Shown: in pieces, positions 11,601 through 20,721 of the stretch
Position numbering within the stretch: the stretch's first letter is position 1
How the letters are laid out: the number at the start of each line of letters is the position of its first letter
Source of the DNA: an uncultured delta proteobacterium
GTDB taxonomy: Bacteria > Desulfobacterota > WTBG01
NCBI GenBank assembly: GCA_963793865.1
Contig: CAWCBP010000001.1
Coordinates: 32,001 to 96,000, forward strand
Length of the DNA: 64,000 bases
Reading direction: 5' to 3'
Position numbers and translations under genes: made by a program
Notes under the pieces: model-generated
The model's input: the letters and a program-made list of their open reading frames with translations, nothing else
Database searches by the model: none
What the model was told of the DNA's origin: nothing

Positions 11601-12201
11601 CACCGGGGAGTACCAGGACGGACGACTTGGGGAGATCTTCATTGATATGCACAAGGAAGGGGCGGCATTCAGAAGCCTGATGAACAGCTTTGCCATTGCC
11701 ATAAGCCTCGGCCTGCAGTACGGTGTCCCCCTGGAGGAATTCGTCGACGCTTTTGTGTTCAGCCGCTTTGAGCCCAACGGGATGGTTATCGGCAGCGACC
11801 ATATCAAGATGGCTACCTCGGTCATCGACTACATCTTCAGGGATTTGGCCATCTCCTACCTGGGGCGCGCCGATTTGGGGCATGATCTGCTTGAAGAGGA
11901 CCTGCGGCATGACGCCCTGGGTACCGAGGATGACGCAAAGCGAGTTGCCCGGTCGGAGACGGCACAACAGGCACAGGGTGCCGTGGAATCGCGAACACAG
12001 CTGAAAGCATACCATGGTGCCGTTGCCGCAGCGGCCCTGGGCGGCGGCCTTCCCAAGACTGTTTCCCTGGTGGAGGTCCGTGAGGCCCGGGCAAAAGGAT
12101 ATGAAGGCGACCCCTGTCCGGAGTGCCAGCAGTTCACCCTGGTCCGGAATGGGACCTGCCTGAAGTGCATGAGTTGCGGGGCAACGAGCGGGTGCAGCTA
12201 G
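8647..12201 (+). CDS. nrdJ: Vitamin B12-dependent (class II) ribonucleotide reductase
   Basis: [29 protein letters not shown]-terminal TSCPD-type domain and CPEC...CMSC zinc ribbon. Confidence 0.97.
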   Translation: MKIERFFTRNISSPYEGIAFETRTSEIKNIDGSVVRRMKKVVVPSFWSQVATDILAQKYFRKAGIPAALKKKKEKGVPLWLHCSVADEEALDCMKPDDRYRGEEDAREVFNRMAGCLTYWGWKCGYFDSEEDAKNYHDETAYMLAHQMAAPNSPQWFNTGLHWAYGIDGPAQGHFYVDHGSGEVKLSESAYQRPQPHACFIQKVKDDLINEGGIMDLWVREARLFKYGSGTGSNFSALRGEGEHLSGGGQSSGLISFLKIGDRAAGAIKSGGTTRRAAKMVIVDIDHPDIEAFINWKVTEEQKVAALVTGSVLCERHLKEIMKACRIAGPDDEERYDPARNSTLARAIKNASNDAVPVNYIYRVIQFARQGYDDISFGTYNTNWDSDSYQTVSGQNANNSVRVNDQFMEAVQNDAVWHLTSRTDGSIAKTVNARSLLNEIAEATWQCADPGIQFDTVINDWHTCPADGRINASNPCSEYMFLDDTACNLASLNLMKFFNPPQCRIDIDAYLHAIRLWTLTLEISVAMAQYPSKAIARNSYLFRTLGLGCANLGALLMVMGLPYDSKQGRNMAAGLMAIMTGGAYRTSAEMAKEQGPFLRYGENSESMLRVIQNHRRAAYADSPENYDGLHIPPLPLDQSFCPDYVLETAHRQWDEALDLGRQHGYRNAQVSVAAPTGTIGLVMDCDTTGIEPDYALVKFKTLAGGGSFKIINQSVPLSLKCLGYSEDEIKAITCYAQGHGTLQGAPCINKASLKEKGFTDEIIDKVEEALPSSFDINHAFSPWNLGLDFLRSVLKIPEPVLDNPAASLLLAIGFTQEEIDAANDYVCGTMTVEGAPFLKEEHYPIFDCATRCGRKGKRFIPYEAHIRMVAACQPFISGAISKTINMPNHITVQEVKDAYMLSWKLGLKAIALYRDGSKLSQPLSAVAELFDEIETLVGEPDAARAQRVSTAFVQRLRMMQRERLPNRRTGYTQKATVGGHKVYLRTGEYQDGRLGEIFIDMHKEGAAFRSLMNSFAIAISLGLQYGVPLEEFVDAFVFSRFEPNGMVIGSDHIKMATSVIDYIFRDLAISYLGRADLGHDLLEEDLRHDALGTEDDAKRVARSETAQQAQGAVESRTQLKAYHGAVAAAALGGGLPKTVSLVEVREARAKGYEGDPCPECQQFTLVRNGTCLKCMSCGATSGCS

Positions 12202-12266
12202 AAGATGCCTCTAATTAAATGTATTATGGAGGGCCATGCTCCGTCATGGCCGCAGGGATATAAAAT

Positions 12267-12315
12267 GATAAGGACAGCAACCTAAAGGAGGAGTTAAAGG
12301 GTTGCTGTCCTTATC
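12267..12315. terminator. 16-bp perfect stem with a 17-nt SD-like loop (nrdJ terminator and/or sRNA 3' end)
   Basis: GATAAGGACAGCAACC-taaaggaggagttaaag-GGTTGCTGTCCTTATC, with T-rich flanks on both strands. Confidence 0.55.
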
Positions 12316-12438
12316 TGATTTTGGAGGTAAGAATGAGTGTTTTGATAGTGTAAACGACTGGCCATTAATTCCGGTCTAATGAATTTTTGACCGTGACAGA
12401 AAAATTTAAAAATTTGATTCGAAAACAGATTCAGTGTA

Positions 12439-12476
12439 CCCTCTCACCCTAACCCTCTCCCGCGGTGGGGAGAGGG
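12439..12476. repeat. CCCTCTCCC/GGGAGAGGG-type palindromic repeat
   Basis: CCCTCTCACCCTAACCCTCTCCC-gcggtg-GGGAGAGGG, a common bacterial intergenic repeat type. Confidence 0.6.
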
Positions 12477-12523
12477 AGATCAACATTTTCATAAATGGTG
12501 GTGCCCCCAAGGGGTATGGAGGT

Positions 12524-12659
12524 TTGATTCGAAAATAAGGTACGTTCCGTAGGGGCAACCGGCCGGTTGCCCTCACATCTGGATAAGAATCAAACAGGGA
12601 GGGAGGTGCTCCGTCGCGTCCGAATATTCTATGCGGCCATGACAGAGCATGGCCCTCCA
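12524..12659. repeat. Composite ~136-bp palindromic repeat, copy 2
   Basis: Colinear with 6244-6379. Preceded by a TTTCATA...GTGGTGCCC...ATGG...GTTT unit also seen at 6475-6519 and, degenerate and inverted, at ~27308-27345. Confidence 0.85.
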
Positions 12660-12830
12660 GAATTCAGTCGTGCAATCCTACTCCGGTAGGAGCGGCTTCA
12701 GCCGCGAAACATATTCTTTGCTCTGGAGTGGCAATGAAGCAATATCGAAAATAATATTATAATAATTAATTACTTGATAGAGTATTCTCAACTAATAATT
12801 AAACCTACATAAACCATACAGGAGGAAGCC

Positions 12831-13205
12831 ATGGCAGGTGAAAGTGTTAATGAAAAATTTGAAGAATTCTTTGTTTATATGGCGAAATTTATGGAAAAAT
12901 TTCCTGAAATAGCCACGAGCTTTACCACACTCCAGGGTAATGTCATGCAGGACGGAAAGCTTGCCGGTAAGGAGAAGGAATTGATTGCGGTGGGTATTGC
13001 GGTAGGCTTGCGGTGCGTTCCCTGCATCTACGCCCATACCAAGGCCGCCCTGACCATGGGGGCGACAGAAGAGGAAGTCATGGAAGCGGCCTCGGTGGCC
13101 ATTCTCATGGGCGGCGGTCCGGGGGTGGTGCATGTGGCCGAGGTTATGAAGGCCCTGGAGGCATTTTCGGGCAAGGACATAGTAATGGGCATAAATGCCT
13201 TCTGA
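12831..13205 (+). CDS. Carboxymuconolactone decarboxylase/AhpD-family protein
   Basis: KEKELIAVGIAV..RCVPCIYAH...A...GATEEE motif; AGGAGG RBS. Confidence 0.9.
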   Translation: MAGESVNEKFEEFFVYMAKFMEKFPEIATSFTTLQGNVMQDGKLAGKEKELIAVGIAVGLRCVPCIYAHTKAALTMGATEEEVMEAASVAILMGGGPGVVHVAEVMKALEAFSGKDIVMGINAF

Positions 13206-13320
13206 ATGTATGGACTGAAGACAGAGAAAAATCTCTCCGGGATATCCTGGAGAGATTTTTCTTCGTAACGCGTTGAGTTTTTAATCTTCCCGGGCACCTA
13301 GGGAAGTTAGCTCCATAAGA

Positions 13321-14234
13321 TTAATAATTATTGACCGCAGCATGCACAGTGCCAAAATAGGGACTACGTCCGAAGTCAGTTTTAAATTTTGAAGCATCCC
13401 CTCCATCGATATCCTAGATCGTTATCAAGGTTTCCCTCGCAGTAGGTGCGATTATCAGCGACAATCAACAGCTGGGAACCAGAACACCATCCCCGTTGGG
13501 CGCCCAGTCGGAAATGTTGAAGAAGCCGGTGCCGTCAGCAAAATCATCCTGGTTGCCGGGCCGTAGGCAGGATCGGTCCATACACTTAACTGCCATCTGG
13601 TTGTGCTCGGGTCAATGGCATTCTTCATAGTCATATTGCTCTGCCGGATCGGTAATCGCGTCCCTCGCGTAAGTCAGGATCAAGCTCCAGGGGAAAGTAT
13701 AGCAGTCACTGGTCTGATCAATATTTGGTAGGGGATCTGTAAAACCTCTCAGGACACCATTTGTATTCGTGCCGCCGATATGCAGCCACTGCATACCACT
13801 CACCGGCATGCCTCGCTGTACCGCATGACGCTGCTGCTGAATTAACGCAGCCTGCAGCAAATGGCACTAGGCGGAATTTTCAGACTGGTCCCGGTTAAGC
13901 ATTATGATAGCCACATCAATGCCCTCGGTCACCTTGCAGGGGCAGGGGGAAACAGGGATGCCGGTCATGCTCAATGTTCCGCCCGTGCCGGTATTGCTGT
14001 CGACATCGGCTTCAAATACCATGATGCCGCCGAGATTGGGCGTGGCTGTATAAGAAATTTTCAGCACATTCAACCCCGTCTGCCCTCCAGCATCTGCTCA
14101 GCCCGGATTGCTTTAATGTCGGTGGGGCCGATGTGATCACCGGTGGGATCGGTCACAATCGCTGCCGATGACAGGCCGAGCCAGCCGAACACAAGAGATA
14201 TACTCATGACTATCACGCTGTTCCTTGTTCTCAT
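13321..14234 (-). pseudogene. Multiply frameshifted gene for a secreted Cys-rich protein with a C-terminal dockerin-like motif
   Basis: ATG at 14234 with AGGGGG RBS, then signal-like MRTRNSVIVMSISLVFGWLGLSSA. Fragments 13867..14073 and 13612..13860. The end reads YCEGNLDND.DIDGGDASKFK.TDFGRS across two indels. Confidence 0.65.
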
Positions 14235-14326
14235 CTCACACCCCCTTTGCTGATTGTACCATTAGATTACAAACTCAAATCTGAGCATTTAACTTTTTCT
14301 CTCACATATGTTTAGCGCTACCTTGC

Positions 14327-14381
14327 AAAAAAATAAACCCTGACCTTTCTCAGACTTTTCCATCTGAGAAAAAGCAGGGTT
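14327..14381 (-). terminator. Intrinsic terminator upstream of the 14234 start
   Basis: Minus strand AACCCTG-ctt-TTTCTCAGA-loop-TCTGAGAAA-ggt-CAGGGTT, then TATTTTTTT. Confidence 0.7.
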
Positions 14382-14535
14382 ATGTCCACAAGTGATTTTC
14401 ACGTACCCCCCCTTAAATGGACCTTAAACAGGGTTTAAGATCATATTGTATTTAAAACACAATTTTGGGCTGTTTTCAAGGGAAATCTCTATTTCGGTTG
14501 GGCCTGGCTTTTGACGATACAATAAAGTCCGACTT

Positions 14536-14563
14536 GTAGGGGCGACCGGCCGGTCGCCCCTAC
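14536..14563. repeat. 28-bp perfect GTAG palindrome (REP-like)
   Basis: GTAGGGGCGACCGGCCGGTCGCCCCTAC; copies at 6269, 12549, 27268, 39287 and 61447. Confidence 0.9.
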
Positions 14564-14721
14564 ATTTAGATGGGGATGGAGCCGGCAGATATTTCTATTG
14601 GACAGAAATTGATGCGGTATGTTAATGTTATGCAGGTTATATCTTGCATGATAGCCAAAAACGTATTCCCGGATGGGTAGACGGCACAGCTTGTCTGATT
14701 CCGCCTTGGAGAAGCAATAAT

Positions 14722-16494
14722 ATGGGTATTAATGTCCTGATCCCCCTCATCGTGGCCATCGTTCTCTTTTACGCAGCGTACAGGTATTACGCTCCTTTCA
14801 TAGCCAGGGTATTCGAAGAAAATGACAGCAATCCCACACCGGCGGTTTCCATTAACGACCGCAAGGACTATGTTCCCACCAAGACGGTGGTACTCTTTGG
14901 CCATCACTTTGCCGCCGTCGCCGGCGCAGGGCCCATCATAGGACCGACAGTAGGACTCATCTTTGGTGTTATCCCCTGCCTGCTGTGGCTGATTTTCGGT
15001 ACCATCTTCATCGGGGCGGTGCATGATTACAGCGCCCTTTTTGCCAGCATGAAAGAGCAGGGCAAGTCAATGGCAAAGGTGGCCGAAACATCCCTGGGTA
15101 AGCCGGGTTTCATTATTCTCATCAGCTTTACCATCTTCCTGCTCCTGCTGGTTACCTCCGCATTTTTGGGACTGGCCGCGGTGGCACTAACGTCAATTGT
15201 GCCCATACGTGAGCTCGGGTTGGATGCATCCCAGACCATGCTTCCAACGCTCACCCGCGATGGCGTCCCCATGGCGCCCGTCGGGGCCATTGCCGCAACC
15301 TCGGTTATTGTGATTACTCTCGCTGCCCCTCTTGTCGGCTATCTCCTCTATCGAAGAGGTGTCAGCGGGCTCACTGCCTCTCTTCTTGCCATTGCCGTGT
15401 GCCTGCTCTCGATAGAATGCGGCATGGTCTACCCCGTAACCTTTGGCTATACCTTCTGGATGGTAGCACTTGCCGTTTATGTGTTCTTTGCCGCCGGCGC
15501 GCCCGTCTGGATCATCCTTCAGCCCCGTGACTTTACCAATTCCTTCATACTGTTCGGCGGGGTCATTGTGCTTACGGTGGGGGGGATTGCAGCAGGGATC
15601 AAGGGGATCACATTCAGCGCACCCGCTTTTAACCTCACCCAGGGGACCGCGCAGCTGGGGCCGGTGTGGCCTTTCCTGTTCATAACCATCGCCTGCGGGG
15701 CCATCTCCGGTTTTCACGCCCTGGTGGCAGGCGGCACCAGCTCTAAGCAGATATCCCGCGAGAGCGCTGCTAAAACTGTCGGTTATGGTTCCATGATACT
15801 GGAAGCCCTCTTCTCCGTCGGTGTGGTTATCGCGGTGGGATGCGGCCTCAACTTCTCCCGCTACATCCAGATAGTATTTCCCACTGATCCGGCTATTCAA
15901 TCAAATCCGGTGCTTGCCTTTTCCATGGGTGTTGGCGGGATGCTCGAGCGAAGCCTGGGTATACCGAGCTCCTATGGTACGGTCTTCGGGACTCTCCTCA
16001 TTGCGGGATTTCTCGCCACCACCATAGATGCTGCAGTGAGACTAAACCGCTACCTGCTGGAAGAACTGTGGGCTTCGCTCTTTCACCAGCCGCCCGCGCT
16101 GCTCCGATCCTACTTTTTCAATTCCTTTCTCTGCGTGGGAACCATGTTCCTGCTGGGGTACACCAATGCCTTTCTGTCCATCTGGCCCATTTTCGGATCC
16201 GCCAACCAACTGCTGGCGGCCCTCACCCTGCTGGGAATCGCCGTGTGGCTCTATAGAAAAGGGAAACAGTACCTCTTCCTGATCTACCCGGCCCTTTTTA
16301 TGATGGTAACTGCTCTACTTGCCCTTGTCTACCTGCTCTTGAAGGTATATGGTCCTGAGGGCAATGTGACCCTCATAGTGGTTGATCTAATTCTCATCGG
16401 CCTTGCCCTCGGAGTCCTCTTCCTTACCCTGAAAACGTTTCTGTCCAAACCCGTCCCTGCACCGATTACAACATCCCCCAATCGGCCTACCTGA
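14722..16494 (+). CDS. cstA: Carbon starvation protein A family transporter
   Basis: LFGHHFAAVAGAGPIIGP, GAVHDY, LQPRD, ACGAISGFH and IWPIFGSANQLLA motifs. Confidence 0.93.
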   Translation: MGINVLIPLIVAIVLFYAAYRYYAPFIARVFEENDSNPTPAVSINDRKDYVPTKTVVLFGHHFAAVAGAGPIIGPTVGLIFGVIPCLLWLIFGTIFIGAVHDYSALFASMKEQGKSMAKVAETSLGKPGFIILISFTIFLLLLVTSAFLGLAAVALTSIVPIRELGLDASQTMLPTLTRDGVPMAPVGAIAATSVIVITLAAPLVGYLLYRRGVSGLTASLLAIAVCLLSIECGMVYPVTFGYTFWMVALAVYVFFAAGAPVWIILQPRDFTNSFILFGGVIVLTVGGIAAGIKGITFSAPAFNLTQGTAQLGPVWPFLFITIACGAISGFHALVAGGTSSKQISRESAAKTVGYGSMILEALFSVGVVIAVGCGLNFSRYIQIVFPTDPAIQSNPVLAFSMGVGGMLERSLGIPSSYGTVFGTLLIAGFLATTIDAAVRLNRYLLEELWASLFHQPPALLRSYFFNSFLCVGTMFLLGYTNAFLSIWPIFGSANQLLAALTLLGIAVWLYRKGKQYLFLIYPALFMMVTALLALVYLLLKVYGPEGNVTLIVVDLILIGLALGVLFLTLKTFLSKPVPAPITTSPNRPT

Positions 16495-16508
16495 CACTCA
16501 GTACCTTA

Positions 16509-18221
16509 GTGAACACGCTGCTCATTCAGCCGCCCATCCAGGATTTCTATCACACGCCTATTCGGACCCAGCCCATCGGGCTGACCTATGTGGCTTCCTC
16601 CCTTCGGGAAGATGGACATGAGGTCGGTATTCTTGACTGCCGGACGAATGGGAAGCGAGAAATGCCGGTTCCTACCGAGCTCTCCTATCTTAAGGAATTT
16701 TATCCTTTTAATGACCGAAGTCCATTCGCACTTTACAGCGGGTATTACCATTTCGGAATGAGCTGGGAACAGATCAGGCGGGATATCGTGCGGGCCGACG
16801 CGAATGTTTATGGCATTTCCTCGGGATTCACGCCATATCACGGAGAAGCGCTTACAATTGCCCGGATTATCAAGGAATGGGATGCAAGGAAAATTGTAGT
16901 CATGGGAGGTGCCCATGTGAATGCTGATCCGGAAGGGGTGCTCGAAAGCCCCCTGGTTGATTATGTGGTGCTGGGAGAAGGGGAGAGGAGGCTTTCCCTG
17001 CTCTTAAGTGAGCTTGAGAAAAAGGGAAGGGCCGTTGCCGCGACTGACGGGATCGGATGCAGGAGAAACGGTGAGATGGCGGTTCCTGCTGCCGGATCGT
17101 TCATCGACAATCTTGATGCGCTGCCGTCTCCGGCTCGGGATCTGCTCGATCCGGACAGCTACCGTATAGGGAAAAAGCGATCGACCATGATTATCACCAG
17201 CAGGGGCTGTCCCCACCGCTGTGCCTACTGTTCGGCCCATCGCACCATGGGGACCGGATTCCGGACCCGATCTCCTTTGAATATCATTGTGGAAATGAAG
17301 GAGTGCCGGGAGAGATATGACATTCAGGCCTTCGATATTGAGGATGACAATTTTACCTATGATCAGGGACGGGCCGCGGAGGTGTTGAGGCTCATCATTG
17401 AGACATTCGGGGAGGGGAGCCTGGAAATGAGTGCCATGAACGGCATCTCTTTTGCCTCTCTTAATCGAGAGCTGATGGACCTGATGAAGCGGGCGGGATT
17501 TAAAACGGTCAATCTTTCGCTGGTGAGCACTGATAGAGATGTCAGGAGCGCCATGGGTCGCCCGGCAGGCGCGCCTGATTTCAGCGCGATCCTGGATGAG
17601 GCGGAAAGGGCAGGGCTTAACGTGGTTGCCTACGCCATTCTGGGTATGCCCGGTCAGACCATCGGGGACATGGTTGATACGGTAGGATATCTCATGGGTA
17701 AAAAGGTGCTCGTCGGGCCCAGCATCTATTATCCCGTTCCCGGGACCGCCCTGTTTGACAGATGCAGAAAAGAAGGAGTTCTGCCATCCTCTTTTTCTAT
17801 GTACCGCTCCAGTGCTTTTCCTATACAGACCTCATCATTTGAACGTATTGATCTTGTCACCCTCTTCCGCCTGGTAAGGGTCGTAAACTTCATCAAGGGG
17901 AAGATTGATGAAAAGGTAGTGCCTGAGGGGATAAGCCTGAACGGGCTCTGCCGGATGCTTCAGGACAAAATGATTCTGCAAGAGGCACCCGAGGCATACT
18001 CCGCGAGGGGCATACCCGACCGGTTTTGCCCGCGAGGGGAGGGTGTTTCCTGGCAGGCGCTGCTTTTGCTGCTTCTCACGGAAAGGACTCTTTTTTGTTT
18101 GCAAAAGGTTGCGGATGGGGGCATTATGGCTGTCAAAGCGGCACAGTCAAGAAAGGTGTTGGATTATTTCCTTGAAACGCTGTGGCTGAACCCAATCAGA
18201 GGAAGCCGTGTGGACAGTTAG
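16509..18221 (+). CDS. B12-binding domain radical SAM protein
   Basis: PIGLTYVAS, VMGGAH, TSRGCPHRCAYC and IEDDNF. Confidence 0.9.
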   Translation: MNTLLIQPPIQDFYHTPIRTQPIGLTYVASSLREDGHEVGILDCRTNGKREMPVPTELSYLKEFYPFNDRSPFALYSGYYHFGMSWEQIRRDIVRADANVYGISSGFTPYHGEALTIARIIKEWDARKIVVMGGAHVNADPEGVLESPLVDYVVLGEGERRLSLLLSELEKKGRAVAATDGIGCRRNGEMAVPAAGSFIDNLDALPSPARDLLDPDSYRIGKKRSTMIITSRGCPHRCAYCSAHRTMGTGFRTRSPLNIIVEMKECRERYDIQAFDIEDDNFTYDQGRAAEVLRLIIETFGEGSLEMSAMNGISFASLNRELMDLMKRAGFKTVNLSLVSTDRDVRSAMGRPAGAPDFSAILDEAERAGLNVVAYAILGMPGQTIGDMVDTVGYLMGKKVLVGPSIYYPVPGTALFDRCRKEGVLPSSFSMYRSSAFPIQTSSFERIDLVTLFRLVRVVNFIKGKIDEKVVPEGISLNGLCRMLQDKMILQEAPEAYSARGIPDRFCPRGEGVSWQALLLLLLTERTLFCLQKVADGGIMAVKAAQSRKVLDYFLETLWLNPIRGSRVDS

Positions 18222-18264
18222 CAGTGGGATAACCCCCTCTGATTGTTACATGTAAAATGTATGT

Positions 18265-19821
18265 ATGGTGGACGCTGATCGACGGAACACGTTTTTTAAT
18301 ATAAGCACTATCATTATTCTGGCCCTCATTGTCAGGGTTCTCTTCTTCAGCGGCTTCGCTCTGGGAGATGATCCCAACTACGCGGACGATGCCCGGACAA
18401 TCCTTGACGGCAGCTATCCTCCCCTTTGTGATCTCTGCGTTTTTTCTTTCCGCCCCCTCCTGCTGTATTCGATAAGTCTATCGTTTCAATGGCTGGGGTG
18501 GTCGGAATTTAATTTCGTCCTTCCGATCCTTTTATCCTCCCTCATGTGCATCTACCTTATTTACAAACTGGCGGAGATGCTTTTCGACAAAAACACGGGA
18601 CTGCTCGCCGCCCTGTTGCTGTCCGTTTATCCCCTGGATGTTATTCATGCCACTACCATGAGCAACGATATCATGCTGAGCATGCTGGTGGCGCTGTCCA
18701 TGCTTTTAGTGCTGAAGGGCTTTAAGAGCACCAAGCGGGCGTCGCCGCTCTGTTTTGCGTCGGCGGGGGCCGTGCTCGGTATCGCGGCCGGGGTGAAAAT
18801 TACCGCCATTCCCGCAATAGGCCTTTTCGTCCTGATACTCCTGTGGTGTAGTTGGGAGGAAAAAAGGTTTAATAAGGGGACAGTCCTTTTCATTATGGCG
18901 TGGGCGCTCGTGCAGGCGATTTTTGCGGCAACCTATTACATTAAGACCGGTGATTTTTTCGCAAACATTCACGCGGAACTGATCTTCAATAAAAAATTCA
19001 ATCCCTCAGGTTTTGTGAATACTGCTTCATCTTTAAAAAACGCGCTGCTTTTTTATCCAAAGTACATGTTGTGCCTTCAGGCCGAAGGCCATCCTGATTA
19101 TGAGTTCTATCCCTACGGATTTGTGTACCCGGTTTTTCTGCTGGGGGCGCTGTTTTTTGTCTGTAAACGGGACAGAAAGGCAGTGATCCTCCTGGTCTGG
19201 TTCACCTATCTCTTTTTGATGATGGAGTTTGCCCCCCTCAGGATTTCGCCTTATTATCAGCCGATTCACCGCCTCGTTCGATTCCTGTCGATCATCAGCA
19301 TCCCCACGTTGTTGCTGGTTGCATATTTTTTAAAACAATTGTATAAGGCGCGCATCCCGGGAAAAGCGCTTGCACTGATTTTAACGGTGGGATTAGTTTT
19401 GACATTTCTCCATCAAAGCTACCGCAAGGCATATTGTTACAGGGACAGCATGTCGGACGCACGAAGCGCGTTTGCTATCATTCGACATATGCCATACAGG
19501 CGGATCATTTCGGATCATGAATTGAAGATGGCGCTTCTGTTGTATAATCAGTATGAACACGGCGACGCATTCAAGAGCTTTGAATATGACAAGCCGCAAT
19601 TTTTAAACGGATCGCTGGTGATCCTCGGAGGAGCGCGCAGACCTGACATTCATCACCTGTATGCGGATAATTTTGTGCGGTCCACAACGCCTCGGAACAA
19701 TTGGATAAAAATCTGTGAGGTGGAGGGGAAAAAGGAGGCCTGGAGAAAAAGCAACCTGGTCATCTACAAAGTTGCGGGCAAAGAGAGTGATATGGACAAA
19801 GACAGGCAGCAGCAGGATTAA
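18265..19821 (+). CDS. Membrane glycosyltransferase (GT-C; ArnT/PMT, family 39/83-like)
   Basis: Many TM segments, DDPNY acidic loop after TM1, RP motif. Confidence 0.75.
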   Translation: MVDADRRNTFFNISTIIILALIVRVLFFSGFALGDDPNYADDARTILDGSYPPLCDLCVFSFRPLLLYSISLSFQWLGWSEFNFVLPILLSSLMCIYLIYKLAEMLFDKNTGLLAALLLSVYPLDVIHATTMSNDIMLSMLVALSMLLVLKGFKSTKRASPLCFASAGAVLGIAAGVKITAIPAIGLFVLILLWCSWEEKRFNKGTVLFIMAWALVQAIFAATYYIKTGDFFANIHAELIFNKKFNPSGFVNTASSLKNALLFYPKYMLCLQAEGHPDYEFYPYGFVYPVFLLGALFFVCKRDRKAVILLVWFTYLFLMMEFAPLRISPYYQPIHRLVRFLSIISIPTLLLVAYFLKQLYKARIPGKALALILTVGLVLTFLHQSYRKAYCYRDSMSDARSAFAIIRHMPYRRIISDHELKMALLLYNQYEHGDAFKSFEYDKPQFLNGSLVILGGARRPDIHHLYADNFVRSTTPRNNWIKICEVEGKKEAWRKSNLVIYKVAGKESDMDKDRQQQD

Positions 19822-19988
19822 ACGGCAAGGAGACTGTTGCTTTAAATGCAGTTTTGTTATAGTTTAATACCCCGGTACCCATCTGTTAGAAGATTTTCGT
19901 GCAGCAGTACCGACTCTGCAGCGAATCGAATTGCGCTGCGCTTCACAAAGAGGGCCTTGCGACGTTTAATTATGAAAAGGGAGATCTC

Positions 19989-20672
19989 ATGACCGGCAAA
20001 GCGAATAAGCATCCTGACCTGAATCTCACCCTGTCACGCAGGGACTTTTTAAAATATTCGGGTATGACTGTTATAGGATCAGCATTACTCGGCTACAGCC
20101 TGGACACCTCAGGGCAGGAGACGGCCGCCTGGGGATTCCTGCTGCTTGACCCGAAGAAATGCCAGGGGTGCGCTTCCTGCATGCTGGCGTGCTCCCTGGT
20201 GCATGAAGGGGTCACCAGCTTTTCCCGCTCGAGGATACAGGTGGTGCAAAACTCATTCGGGAAGTGGCCTGATGACCTCAGCGTGTCCCAGTGCCGGCAC
20301 TGTGTTAATCCAGCCTGTGTGGCGGCGTGCCCTACCGGTGCGCTGCACCGCGACCGCTTCCATAATAATGTGGCCACGGTAAACAGATTCAAATGCATCG
20401 GCTGCAAGCAATGTGTCAATGCCTGTCCCTACGCTCCCGGCAAGGCAATATGGAATGCCGAGGAAGGGCATTCCCAGAAGTGCGATCTCTGCGCCTCAAC
20501 ACCCTACTGGAAAGAGAAGAGCGGCCCTGACGGCAAAAAAGCCTGCCTGGAGATTTGCCCGGTCAGGGCGATTGTTTTTACCAAGATTATTCCGGATCAG
20601 TCGACAGGTGACGGGTATACGGTAAACCTGCGAGATACGGTATGGGGCTCACTTGGCTTCCCCACCACGTAG
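19989..20672 (+). CDS. 4x[4Fe-4S] ferredoxin subunit with twin-arginine signal
   Basis: SRRDFLK; CQGCASCMLAC, CRHCVNPACVAACP, CIGCKQCVNACP and KCDLC...CLEICP. Confidence 0.9.
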   Translation: MTGKANKHPDLNLTLSRRDFLKYSGMTVIGSALLGYSLDTSGQETAAWGFLLLDPKKCQGCASCMLACSLVHEGVTSFSRSRIQVVQNSFGKWPDDLSVSQCRHCVNPACVAACPTGALHRDRFHNNVATVNRFKCIGCKQCVNACPYAPGKAIWNAEEGHSQKCDLCASTPYWKEKSGPDGKKACLEICPVRAIVFTKIIPDQSTGDGYTVNLRDTVWGSLGFPTT

Positions 20673-20721
20673 GTGAGGCAGCACCCACAGAAATGGTAAG
20701 CACCTGAAGGAGTGAAGCGCT

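Noticed and set aside
8647..12201. Intein or intron in nrdJ
   Set aside because: The ORF is continuous, with no intein splice motifs or homing endonuclease. The length is explained by the usual insertions and C-terminal domain.
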